A stretch of DNA of 53,656 bases, from contig ADNK01002453.1 of the NCBI GenBank assembly GCA_000320545.1, positions 1 to 53,656 on the forward strand. The letters run 5' to 3'. The stretch comes from Bigelowiella natans CCMP2755 (lineage: Eukaryota; Protista; Cercozoa). Every line of letters starts with the position of its first letter. Within the stretch, counting starts at the first letter, position 1. Under the pieces are notes generated by a model that ran no database searches, was not told the DNA's origin, and saw only the letters and a program-made list of their open reading frames with translations. Below are positions 1-12,705 of this stretch, piece after piece. Position numbers and translations under genes: made by a program.

Positions 1-157
1 CACACACACTCCCCGATCGACCCGCGCGCGCGCGCGCGCTAGCGAGCGCGCTCTATAGCTCTCTCGCGCGCGCGCGTGCGCGCGCGCGCGCGCCCCCGCG
101 CGCGCGCGCGCCCGAGACAGCGAGACTGATCTCTCCACACACATATAAACACACCAA

Positions 158-164
<7 letters not shown>

Positions 165-245
<81 letters not shown>
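165..245. repeat. (TA)n microsatellite, representative of dozens of intronic (TA), (TG), (GA), (TAG), (CAT) and (GAG) tracts in the window
   Basis: Directly visible in the sequence. Confidence 0.95.
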
Positions 246-249
<4 letters not shown>

Positions 250-396
250 TCTTTTATATATTCTTTAAGAAGGCAGAGAGGATGGAATGTTCTTTTGTAA
301 GTACCACGAGCTGAGGAAATAGCAGGAGCATAGTGACGGGCACGGGAATGAAGAGGGAAGCGATCCTCATCCTATGGGCTGGATCTACTTACCTAC

Positions 397-776
397 CTGG
401 CGCTCACGGAATGATATTCAAAAACGATAAGACCATGGATACGTCGGCCTATAAAATGTATTTTTCTTGTAACGACTAACTTTTTCTCATAGAGGAGGGT
501 TAGGGAGGAGCAAGAAAAACAAGAAAATAGGTTTCAAAAAAAAAAAAATGGCAAGAAGAAAACAACCCATTTCCAAAACAAATTTTGAAAATCAGTTATT
601 CCCACCTCCTTCCTGAAAACGGCAAGCTGCAGAGAGAGAGCGAGAGGGGTGAGTTGGGAATAGTGGGCAGGGAATGCGAGAGGCCTTAAGGAAGAAAATA
701 ACTAGATAATGGAAGGGAAAATCGATGTCTTCTTGAGGTAAATCCCATGCATTTGCGGATTCATCGAAGCCGTCAT
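397..776 (-). CDS. Possible 5' exons of an unidentified minus-strand gene continuing toward the left edge
   Basis: Two phase-compatible AG...GT-bounded segments (626-606 and 448-397) join to give xCRFQEGGRRIHGLIVFEYHSVSAR. There is an ATG at 776, and the segment lies head-to-head with the ABCG gene across a TGTCG-rich gap. No family recognised. Confidence 0.3.
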
Positions 777-1226
777 GCCGTCACAGCCGCGCAAAACTCA
801 TTGTTTTTGTCGTGTATTTTTCCCGGTAAATTCATCAAATGAACAATTGTTCACAGCAACAAGATCTCAAAAATACCGAAGAGGTTGGTTGAAATCCGAC
901 GTCCGAATAATGTGTCCTCTACGTCCGAAGATTGACCTACGAGCTGTGTGGTATCAATGTCATAGATCTAGAAATAAATTGCAAGCTTTGATAATCGATG
1001 CTAGATCTAAATTGCAGAGCGATATCGTTTTCTGTCGTATCTCAAGTACTCGTAAAATAAGAAATGCATGGTGTTTTCCACCAAAAAAATATTTTTCTCA
1101 TGTCGTAGACAGATTAAAACATTCCATTTTTCCCGAAATTCGAGCTGTTGTCGCTAGTCGCAGACTGTCAAATCCATGCCGTTTTTTGTAGTCTTCCGGG
1201 AAGTAGACATTCCCGGATCCGGAAAA
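777..1226. promoter_or_regulatory. Putative (probably bidirectional) promoter with 4 TGTCG copies
   Basis: AT-rich and repeat-free. TGTCG at 808, 1033, 1101 and 1149. Confidence 0.55.
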
Positions 1227-1544
1227 ATGGCTCCTATATACCCCTCCCTTCCGAAGAAGACACTGTTTCTAGTCCTTGTGTCTATTGTAGCCACTGCTTC
1301 TGCACGGACTTGGGATGACAAGGAAGTCGGCGTAGGAGGCAGTCGAAGAGTCCAAGAGCGGAGGTGGTCGATGTTTCAAACGGAGCGCACTCTGATACAG
1401 CTGCGGATTTGAAAAAAATAAGATTCGTCGTTGTTTCAAACACCTGCTTGGCCACACGTGTGTGTATGTGAATATACTTATATACCTAAAAATTTATGTA
1501 TGTATATATCTCTTCGCACTTTCTCTTACTTTTCCTTCTCTGTA

Positions 1545-1587
<43 letters not shown>

Positions 1588-3217
1588 CTATCCAGATCTC
1601 GCAATCCAACTTCATCATTTTCTGCCATTGGGCTAAGAGGGGGCGCCACTGGATTCTCCCAGCTTCACAGTATCTTCACAAGGTCAGACTTGTTGATAGA
1701 TAGCAAAACCGAGCCTCTGCAAAGTTGCCTAATTCATTCTACTTTATACCGCAGCAGAAATGATGAAAAATCTGGTTGGTTTGCATCTTCGGATGGATCG
1801 AGGCTGGGGTTTGGATTTTCTTCTAAACGGGGTGACGATACTGCCAAAGAGAACGTACGTGTTATGAAAAGCGAGCACCGTGCATGACACCGAATACACC
1901 CCGTAATCCGATACACACCTTTTACCCCACGCAGGTGTATATCGGAACCACACACGCAAATTACATATGAAATGAAAGCAATATGCCGTGAGGTTTTGAA
2001 CCCTCCCATATGTGCGTTTGCGCTATTCTTATAGATCTGTACTTCTTTGTTGTTTATGAAAGGAGGAGGGTAGTGTCACACTTAAGTGGTACGATATTTC
2101 GCTCACACTCAAAAGCAAGAAAAGTAGTGCTTTAGAGCTAGGAGCTGTTTCTTCGTAGGAATATATGCATGCACATAGGCATGGAAGATATGCGACCATA
2201 CGCATGTGCTTATGCATGGGTATGTGTGTTCTTACCCCGCTGATTATCCATAGAGGAGGAGAGAATATTACTAAAAAATGTTACCGGGGAGGCAAAGCCA
2301 GGTCTCTCGTTTTTAGCACCACTATAGCCTTCACCCTAATTATCGAAATTCTCACTGACTAAATGTATCTTGTCTGACTCATTTTCTAATCTCATTTTAT
2401 CCCTTATTCATACCTTTTTCCCAAGCTTTCTCCGTCTTCGTATTCGTGTGTTATGTATATATGAGCTGCATTCAAACGCACTTTATCCTGTCAGCAATGG
2501 TATGATAGAAACCATAATGCATATTGCAAATCAGGCCGTTTTCTTGGGATTATGGGCCCCTCAGGAGCGGGTGTGTGTGTGTGTGTGTGTGTTTTGTGCG
2601 TTTTATCGTCTATGCGACGCATGATTCACGGGATTGATGGTGAAAACAGCAAATGCCTATCTAAACCAACGACTAGTCGAAATGCATGGATGATAGAGCA
2701 CAGGGCGAAAAATAGTTGGTATTGTGCACAAGAGTATCTTTTGCTCAAAGATGATGACTTGAATGCTGCGCGCTATGAGTGTCGACAACGCATGATTATG
2801 AAGGTGTTTCCTATGCATCTGTCAAGGGAAAACAACGCTACTCAATGCCCTTGCTGGAAGAGTGCCTGCTTCCAAGAACGTCGCTCTTAGCGGAGAGGTA
2901 GCTCCTGTTACTTTGAGAATGAGCAGTCGGTGTTATGTATATTGCCGGGGCAGTGGAGAGTGTTTGGTTATGGGAGAATCATAATCCAAACCAGCAATGC
3001 GTGTCCTTCCTCATATAGTGTATTAGTAGTGTTGGAAATAACAGTTTTCATTGTGCTTTATATGATTTGCGTGGTTGGCAGATCGAAAGGAAAGGAGACC
3101 AGAACAGCCCATTTGCCTTCGTTCCACAAGTAACGTATCCGCATACTAGATCCCCCCCTCCCCCCCATCATATACACAAACAGAAAAGTAAGAATGCTCT
3201 TATACATATATGCGTAT

Positions 3218-3254
<37 letters not shown>

Positions 3255-3273
3255 TATTACTGTCTGTGTATCT

Positions 3274-3317
<44 letters not shown>

Positions 3318-4028
3318 GCATTTATACATTTATACATTTACTACTGTGTGTTTATTCCGGAAACAGGATGATGTGTTCTACTCTCAAATGACAGTTTGGT
3401 AAGTTCATACTAAGAGATATTTTCGATTAAAGAAGCTTCCTTATTTTGATATGCTTTGCTGAATACGGTTTATTATACGATTTCTTACACATGATGCATA
3501 TAAACGGATTATCACTACTCACTCTTTTTCTTCTCCCAATGCAGGGAGACCTTGATGTTTACCGCCGAACTGCGACTTCCAAAGAAGATGAGCTTTGAAG
3601 AAAAGAAGCAGGTCACATTCGACTCGTGTGTGAAAACCCAGAACTTCCCTCCTCCTCTCCATTGCCTTTTGCAGTGTCGGTGCTCAACATGCATTAGTAT
3701 ACTTCGTTTAAGTCCATATCCGGAAATCTTTTGAATGGCATCTTGACGTCATCAGCCACGTGCTAATATTAGAATAATAGTCTCTACGCACTGAAAATTC
3801 CTTTTCTAACGCTTTGAAATGCACCCTAACGGAGGCAAAGAGTGAGAAAATCGATCATGACAAATGCTACTTAGCGAGCGGAGGATGTGATGACAAAGCT
3901 GGGGCTTGCGAAAGCAAAAGATACAATTGTTGGTAGGGCATGTAGCCAGCAGAAATCGCCATAAATTTAAAATCATAAATAATAACATACACACACACTC
4001 ACTCACACACACACACACACACACACAC

Positions 4029-4069
<41 letters not shown>

Positions 4070-4136
4070 AAGCGAGGCAGACAGATAGAGAGAAAAAAAG
4101 TGAGAGAGAGATAGAGAAAAAACGATACATATACAA

Positions 4137-4178
<42 letters not shown>

Positions 4179-4223
4179 AGTGTCTGTGAGTATATATTGT
4201 AAATATGTATACATTCATGTTGG

Positions 4224-4259
<36 letters not shown>

Positions 4260-5149
4260 CGCGTGTTGGTTTTATGTTACAGCATAAATTTGACAACCCA
4301 AGTTTCGACTTCATACGATGATTTGTCCTGCCTACTTGCTAGCAAAGCATTGATGCTCGCATTGGCATGACATTTGCTTTGAGCTGCCTCCTCATATCAC
4401 TATAAGGATATTAGCTCATAAACCTTGAATGATCTATGCACAGGAAATCGGAAGATTCGAGGCATAAGGTCCCTGAAACACAAATTGTCTTAAAAACTTT
4501 GGCATCATTGATGACATCGTAATTCGTTATCTTCCACTACCACCTTCTTGTAGCGGGGGGGAGAAGAAGAGGCTGAGCATTGCTTGTGAGCTGATTAGCA
4601 ATCCCAAGATCATATTTGCTGACGAACCTACTTCAGGTCAACGACGATTCCCATTGATAAGTGACAATGACAAACATGGATTTATAATGATCAATGAATA
4701 CTGGCTCTGCCACTAAGCTGATATAAAAAGCCTGAGAGACACTGAGAGACGATGCGAATAGTCACCATGATAAAAATGGGTTTTGTCGCACATCAGGACT
4801 TGACTCCTTCCAGGCAGAATCAGGTTAGTTTCATGCAAATATCCCCATCAGAGTATATCACTGCATCGATGATTGCTTATATCCGCGAAGATATGTGTAG
4901 AAAATGTGTATAATGATATTTTATTGCCCCAAAAAAGGTGTTTCGCGTTATTATCAGCTCACGATAGATATCCATGTTAGCGTGAAGTAGTATTGATTGG
5001 TACACAAATACATACACGCAGTCATGGAGAGTTTGAAAAGGCTCTCGCAAGAAGGGCACACCGTAATTGCTGTTATTCACCAGCCAAGTGGTAGGATTTA
5101 CATCAATCCATTTTGGAATATATTTGTGTGTGTGAGTGTGTGTGCGAGT

Positions 5150-5188
<39 letters not shown>

Positions 5189-5825
5189 ATTGTGGGTTTG
5201 CACTTTTATGAAGATGCGCTTATGGCATCAATTCACAGCCGAGTTTTTGTTGATTTATATCACCAAAAACCGGGAAGTCATTTTCTCGCCAAACGACGTG
5301 CGCGTAGTGAATACGCACCGCATGATCTCGTAGGAAACATCTTCAGCATGTTGGATTATTTGTATGATCTCTTAGGAAACATCTTCAGCATGTTGGATGA
5401 TTTGTACCTCTTGAGCGAAGGCATGGTAAGATATCCTGATATACACGTGTGCATATCAGTGCAATATCTCTACAATCTATCATTTCGAATTCAAAATAAA
5501 AGTAAATGATCAATAAACACGTCCCTGTAGAATCATTAGGAGCAAATGCGTTTGTACCATATTCTTTATATCGATGTCTGTGGCCTTTAATTGCTATTAA
5601 GTGATATGCATTGTGCGTTTGTACCATATTCTTTATATCGATGTCTGTGGCCTTTAATTGCTATTAGGTGATATACTCCGGGGCTGCAAAAGATGCTGAG
5701 AAATCGATCGCAAGATATGCGGGTAGCTGCCGTTGTTATGCAGTATATTATCGTCTCCGTTTCTCAATTATTTTTCTAGATTTAGACTATTATAGTCAGC
5801 TTCATATTAATAAATGTTGTGTGTG

Positions 5826-5856
<31 letters not shown>

Positions 5857-6003
5857 TTGACGATGCACATGCATGCTTTGTGTATTACGTCGTCACGTAG
5901 GACTGAAAAGCCGTTCTAGCACGATAAGGTGCGATTTAGTACCATTTGATACTCGTCGGAGTTTCGTCTACTCGAGCAGAGCGTATGCGTATTTGTGCAC
6001 TTA

Positions 6004-6058
<55 letters not shown>

Positions 6059-6714
6059 GGAAACTTATGACGAAAGACAGAGAATGAAAGAGAGGGAGGA
6101 ATTTTGAGCTTTTCATCGTTATTCGGCTGCTTTGCACCATGCGTTGAAAATTGATGTTTTGCCTTATAAATCAGCTCTCCTGAGTATCTTCTCAGCATTG
6201 CTTCTATAGACTACTCGTCGAAGGATAAGGAGGTGAGTGCGACAACGACATATAGAACACACAACAAACTTCGTACAAAATGTATATATGAAAGATAGTG
6301 TATTTTTCGGTTATCATTATAATTGTTATTTTATCCATGCCGCAGATGTACTCGAGAGGACTCATCGAAGCGCTCTCAGATGCCCACCTTCAGTACTAAT
6401 AGCTATTTTGTACGCACCGTGCCTACGTGCGTGTGTGTTTGTAGCGAAATCTCGTGATTCCTTCCTCTCCAACCTGAAACAGGAGGACAAAAGCAGGAAA
6501 GGAAGCTGCTCTCCAACGAATTCAAAAAGTGCCGTTTATATCGCTGACTCCTAGCATTCTGTGGAAATGATTCATATAAGAGTGTTTCCGCTTCCTTTGG
6601 TTTTTCATCTCAAACTAACGTTATTCAGGAAAGAAGTCCTTCACGAGATATAGAAATGCTTGCGAAAATACAGGTATCTTGTTCTATCAACGTACATCTT
6701 AAAAAAACGGTGTA

Positions 6715-6780
<66 letters not shown>

Positions 6781-7532
6781 CACAGTCTACAGAATTTTAA
6801 TACTAAATGTAAATATATTATATATGGAAAAAATATATAAATACATTATAATATTTTAACATACTTCTTTACTTAATTACATATTGTGAGAATGTTTATT
6901 CTTCCTTTTATACTTGTTATGTAAGGGGTACAGGGAGGTAATAATAGTGGTTAAGAGAAATAAGGAAAGAAGCAAAAAAAGAAAAGAGAGGACGAGAGAT
7001 TCATTTATGCCAACTGTATCATATCACCATGACCTTTACATCATTTGAATTTCTATGGAAATTGCTTATGCTAGCCAAAAACGCGACAGTTGAGAGCTTT
7101 TAAAGAACTACAGAAGGCAAAATTGGAAGCTACTCGACCAAAAGCACCTTTCCATCGTCAGTTTGCTTTGCTATTCAAAAGAGCATATCGTGAGGTTGAC
7201 CCCCCCCCCTCCATGAACGAAATGAAGAATTTAAGATATGACATCGACATCAATGCACTGCACTTTCAAACAATATTAAGCGTCTTCGAATAAATCACTT
7301 TTTCAATATGAAATCTATATATTATTTATGTAGAAAAAATATTATAACATCTTCCAAATTGTTTTCCACGTTCTGTTTACGAAACGATGAGAAAGAAAAA
7401 GGACCCCTTCTTTCAAGCACAAAACGTATCATGAATCAGGTTGCAAGGAATAAGGCTGTTATTGCTATTAAAGCAGCCCAGCAGGTCGACAAATACCGAT
7501 AACCCACATAGTAACTATCATATATACAATTA

Positions 7533-7571
<39 letters not shown>

Positions 7572-7831
7572 TGTTCTTATACTTCAGATAACAACGGCTT
7601 TGGTGTACGGAGGAATATTCAGCTTTTCGAATTCCTCGACCTCAATCCAGGTACCGCTATCACTCAAATTTGCTTTAATGCAAAAATAATGGTAGGCCAT
7701 CAAGAGTTTAATTTCCTTCTGTCGCAGTGTCGCGACATGATAACTTTCGATGTTTTTCACCTCGGATTTTTCATCTTTATACCTAGATGTATCACGCATA
7801 AACTTTAAAAACAAGTGTTTATGAGTTTGCA

Positions 7832-7867
<36 letters not shown>

Positions 7868-9835
7868 GTATTTGATATGATATAACAAACAGGACCGCTT
7901 TGGCCTCATAAGCTTGGTAGCTATCGGCGCACTAAACCTGAACTTGGCAGGTACTTTCTTAAATTTTCACACGTGCTCTGTTGGTACAGTTTTCAGTGGA
8001 TTTTCCACATTCTGTTTCTAAGTTAATTCCTACGATGAAATTTCATAAAAAGAGATATCTATACGACATTTGCTTCTACTAGTGTATATTAATACTTGGA
8101 CTTTTTACAGGCACCGTTCGATCATTCTTGAAAGAAAAGGTATGTTGTATGGCGGTGGTTGATTAGTGGTGATTCTGGCAATATAAACAGTAACAAAATA
8201 GATGATTCTTCGTACTTCTTTACCCATATCAAACAGGAAGTTGTCGATGCAGAGCGGACAAAGAACACCTATTCCGTGTTCCCGTAACGACTAATATAAT
8301 GCATATAACGCTTACATCAAACAGTTTCATTCTTAGGTTCTCAGTGTTATCGTTGTTGTTCATACCCATAGGTATTTTCTGTCAAAATTAGCAGCTGAGG
8401 CCCCCCTTAATGCTGTTTTATCTGCACTCTTCGGTGTGCTTATATACCCGTTGGTTGGTTTCCAGGTTAGATGAAGGAGAGAACAAAAGTTTCTTGTAGG
8501 CTATTGATACGAATAATCTTCGTCAAGCGTTTGTTTTAAAAGCAATTAGTAAATATATGTTAGAGAAGTATACCGACTGCATTGTATAAGATAAATATAT
8601 GTTATTGACTAATACACAAAAATAAGTTTTTCCCCATGATGTTTTTAATTACTAAAATAGCCGTCTTGGAGGAAATTCTCCAACTTTGTGGGGATTACTA
8701 CAGCACATTCCTTCGCCTCCTCTGCTCTAGGACTTTATCTAGGTGGGGGCTGCTCCGACGTTTATTGAATGCTAACGAATAATGAGCGTCTCGACGAAGA
8801 TAAATATAATCTGCCCACAATTGACTTATACATGTACATATGTTGCCCCCCTCCATTATCCACACGCAAAGGGGCTGTTGCGAAGTCTACGGATACGGCT
8901 CTTGCCTTGATGCCGCCTTTGATCATTTTGCAAGCAGTGTTTAACGGTTATAAATACATATATGTATAAATGTAACTCTAATCATCATCACACGTGCGGT
9001 TGTGCCCTTATCAATAGCAATAAACGTACAATTGTGTGTGGTGCTGGTATTAGCCTTAACCTGTTTCTGTGGAATATTAAAGGCGTGAATATAGCCGAGG
9101 AGAACACGCCAAGGGTCTTACGATGGATTCCAAAAGTGTCTCTTGTTCGGTAGAAAAGAGCTATCAGCATCATAAACTATTTTGTAGCTATTGGTTTTTT
9201 ATTTGCATTTCTATTTTTTAATGTTGGAACTTCATTAGACTTGCCAAAGCTCTGTTGGAGAATGTCTAGTCTAAATAACCTTTAAAGCAGGAGTCAGTGC
9301 TCGACTGATGATATATGTATATAGGTGGTGCTTTGAGGGCCTGGCTGTAAATGAGTTTGAAGGCCTTGAATTCGAACGACCAATGTAGGATGTTATATAT
9401 ATATCGATTGTTTTTTCACCTTGAAGGATATTAAGAGTGACAGGTTATGTGATAGTAAGAAGTTATTTTTGAGTAGAGTCATCATGATCATTTTGATGAT
9501 GCGTGATTCTCTAAGGCGACCTGGAATGAGAAGACCAGGAAAGCCACTTACAGGTGCGGAACTTTGAGCATATACACCTTTATTAATCAATATACTGAAG
9601 AGTATTCACATTAAATGATTAAATGTAGTATTGAATCCATATGAAATGTATAATATAATATTCCTCAGGAGATGAAGCTCTCGAACGTGTCTCTATTGTC
9701 AATGGCTCTGTAAAAAGGTTTTCCACGCATGCAAGAAATTATGCACCTGCGATGAACGTGATTACTGAATACAGTATTGCTTTCAAATATTAACGTGAAC
9801 AGTAGAGTAGCAATATGGCTTTCTCATCTATAAAT

Positions 9836-9874
<39 letters not shown>

Positions 9875-10285
9875 CTTTTATATTATTTGTTTTAGTGATT
9901 TAACAACTGAATTATATTGAATTATGTACAAACTTACATCTTGAACAGGGCGCTGCTAGTAGAGTTAGGTTTGCTTGGATTCTTCTACATTCAGGTGACG
10001 ATTTAGATTATTTTTCGTCGAGCAATCTAGCATTGTACTTGATATTATTTGGAGGGTTTCTCCATAAAGAATCGAGCATCTAAATACAGACATCGATTCT
10101 CCTAATAGGCGGTATTTTAAATAGGATTTTATGGTCGTAAAGCCATCTTCATATTTAGTTAATCTTTTTCACTACATTAGACACTGGGTGCGCTGTTGCG
10201 AGGAGCGCCAAAATTTGCTACAATGGAACATATTGTGGAAGCAGATGCCAGAGAAATTGAGGAGGTTAAAGTAGTCGTTACCTAG
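1227..10285 (+). CDS. ABCG (White/WBC) half-transporter resembling plant ABCG7, many exons, N-terminal signal peptide
   Basis: Spliced exons give Walker [15 protein letters not shown] (2553-2850), Q-loop FVPQDD, signature [18 protein letters not shown], Walker [17 protein letters not shown] and H-loop VIHQP. The TM domain includes [14 protein letters not shown] and [16 protein letters not shown]. The last exon ends ...EEVKVVVT* (TAG 10283-10285). Confidence 0.93.
5322..5405 (+). repeat. 42-bp tandem duplication spanning an ABCG splice acceptor
   Basis: atgatctc(g/t)taggaaacatcttcagcatgttggat(t/g)atttgt occurs twice, with 2 mismatches. Confidence 0.95.
5547..5674 (+). repeat. 67-bp-period duplication of an intron 3' end in ABCG
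   Basis: tgcgtttgtaccatattctttatatcgatgtctgtggcctttaattgctatta(a/g)gtgatat starts at 5547 and again at 5614. Confidence 0.95.
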
Positions 10286-10399
10286 GTTTTGGTCAAGGTA
10301 GCGCCGAATGATGGTTGATGAAAATGCTGATGTATTAAATTCAATTTTTAACATTTTTTTTTATTCACATGTTGAACAAGCGAAACTTCAGCCAATGTT

Positions 10400-11000
10400 T
10401 CTACAAAGTTGTGCACATCTAGTGAAATGAAATGTTTCTACCTTGTGTAGAAATCTTGTACCATTACATGCACTTCTACTTGTAATACGGATTTACACTG
10501 GAACAATCCGGTGACATGCATGTGCACTTATACATCAAGGCATCTCTAGATATAGGGATGTCGGTTTGTGACAACGTCATGCTCTAGCCAGCTAGTGCTA
10601 ACATGCTGAGCACGCATGATGGTGTTTAGTTGTGCATAGAAAGACTGGAACAGGCTAGCAGGGCATGCTTCAGACATTTGTTAGGCGTACATGTGCCACT
10701 GACCGAAGTGAAAATGTGCACTATTAAACTGTAACGCACGTCTAGACTTGCGTGATGTGTGTACTAGTGTAATGCAGATGAAGAAAGCCGCCTCACTAGC
10801 TAGCTAGCATGCGGACGCCATGTTTGAATTTTGCATACACTCTGGCATTGTACATGAGCCAAGACTGTGGATGCAAGCATGAGGAACTTTGATTTCATTA
10901 GCTTAGAACTGAATTGCAGACCATTCAATTTGCACGTAGTAGTGACAAACTATCACGCTTGGACTTGTCATATCTGCTAGTTGAGCACAAGAATCAGTTG
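10400..11000. other. CTAG/CATG/TGCA-rich tract 1, between the converging ABCG and FCS genes
   Basis: About 11 CTAG by eye; ctagctagctagcatgc at 10796-10812. Confidence 0.75.
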
Positions 11001-11320
11001 ATTTACCAACTCTTGATTTTGTTTTCCAATGGAATTCTTGAGCCCCTTGACCCCTGCGACCTTGTTAAAACATCATATGAGGATTTACGTACACACAGCG
11101 AAGCATCCAATTTTAGATACATTGTTAACCATTTTTCAAAATCATACAGTGTTTATCGATGAACTTTTACAATATTTCTTTTTATAACAAGCCACATGCA
11201 CGCAAACTAATTCACACTTTTTAGGTCTATTCATTCTTCTTTATAGAAAATGATGATGAAAGAATCTAAAACACTAGGTATGCTTTATGAGACCAACTGA
11301 GACAACTTCTATTTCAATGT

Positions 11321-12233
11321 TTACCTTGAACCTGGTTTAGATTTTTTCCCTCCAAATGAACACGCACATCGTCTCGAACTAAAACGATATGAGAAGGGTT
11401 ATGTTAAGCACATAATTCTTTGTAATTTAATGTAGTCTTGGGTTTTGTACCAGAAACGCTTTGAGCAAGTGATGCCACAGTTTTCGCACTTTCGTCCCTT
11501 ATGAACACACAATTCGTGATGATTGTCAAAATATTTAAATTAGTTGTTTACTATCATTTTAATTTGGCTTTAAAAGATTTACTTTCTTTGGCACAGGCAG
11601 AAGATTTTTGAAAACTTTGTCTGAAGATTCTGAATTTATCTTGCATTTATTGAATGCACTCTGGTTACGTTTCCTCTTTTTCATAGCTAAAATTGTGTTG
11701 AATGAGGAATTTCTGTCTTCTTCAAACTCTCGGACCAATTGATTATTTGATTTATAGTTTGGATCAGCTGAAGGTCGAGGGCAGAGTTCGTTATTTACGA
11801 ATTTTGTGTCATCTTCAAAACCTTCGTCTAACAAATTCTCCCTCTCCAAATTGAGTCTAGGATAATATGATGCCTTTTTCCCTAAAAGATCAAGCTGTTG
11901 TTGAAAAGGAAGTAATGTTGCGGAACAACTTTTTTGAACAGGTTCCTTAAAGATGATGTTCCTCACTGACTCTTTAGTTCGCAAGCAACAGGTTCCCTTT
12001 TCATTTTTAGGGATTTTTTTCGATGAGGGGAAGCTAGATACAAGATTTCTACAAGAGGTCCTTCTTCCATGCATAAGACGAATGATTTGTGAGCAGGACT
12101 TTTGATGGATACGAAACGGCCACGTCTTTTCAGTGTAACGAGGATGCATCCAGGGAGGCCGTACATAGCCATAGCATCTCTTGTCTTGAGAATCACTCAG
12201 TTCGTTGTCAAGAATCTCAAAATAATCCTCCAT
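11321..12233 (-). CDS. Uncharacterised protein with a C-terminal FCS-type (C4) zinc finger
   Basis: The 224-aa ORF splices in phase through two GT-AG introns (about 11582-11498 and 11450-11379) to give KKGRKCENCGITCSKRFCSRRCACSFGGKK. The start may lie further upstream, and the stop is 11321 or one exon further on. Confidence 0.65.
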
Positions 12234-12705
12234 CTCTGCTAAGTTGGGTACTTGGAAGGGTAGATTAGCTTAGATTTGCAACAATGACACTAAGCTAAAA
12301 GCGAATTGGGATAAAAGGGAGTGGGCACTTCAAATTTGGCGCGTAACTGTGACTGTTTTCATTTGGAAGTACATTTGACGCCATTTTCATCTTACGACTT
12401 TCAATTAGAAATGTCGCTAGGGAGTAATAAGCAGGATTTTCCGATGGAATATGCGTTCACAGGAAATCCATGCCAATTGGAGTGCAACATGTTGATTTAT
12501 GATATAAACCTTGGTCATTAGTCATTGGTGAAATTTTGCGGCAACCAAGAAAGGGCGGGATAGCCTAGGATATTTTGTGATTTCGACAACGAATTTGTGT
12601 TGCTCATATGGAAAACCCGCCATCGTAAAAATCAAGAGAGCAACAAAAAGTGCTTTATTTTCAATAAATAAGCATTAAAAAACTATGCTGTTCGGCAGTT
12701 GCGAC
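12234..12705. promoter_or_regulatory. Head-to-head promoter gap (FCS/EamA) with TGTCG/CGACA motifs
   Basis: TGTCG at 12412; CGACA at 12584 and 12702. Confidence 0.55.

Noticed and set aside
1-165. (CG)n/(CA)n stretch that could be Z-DNA or a CpG island
   Set aside because: It is a noisy dinucleotide run at the window edge next to a long (TA)n tract, which looks like low-quality read-end sequence.
775-1191. 138-aa ORF upstream of ABCG
   Set aside because: It has no recognisable motifs and lies across the AT-rich TGTCG promoter gap, so it is probably a chance ORF.
5322-5674. Direct repeats as a CRISPR-like array
   Set aside because: Each has only two adjacent copies with no spacers or cas genes, inside a eukaryotic gene.
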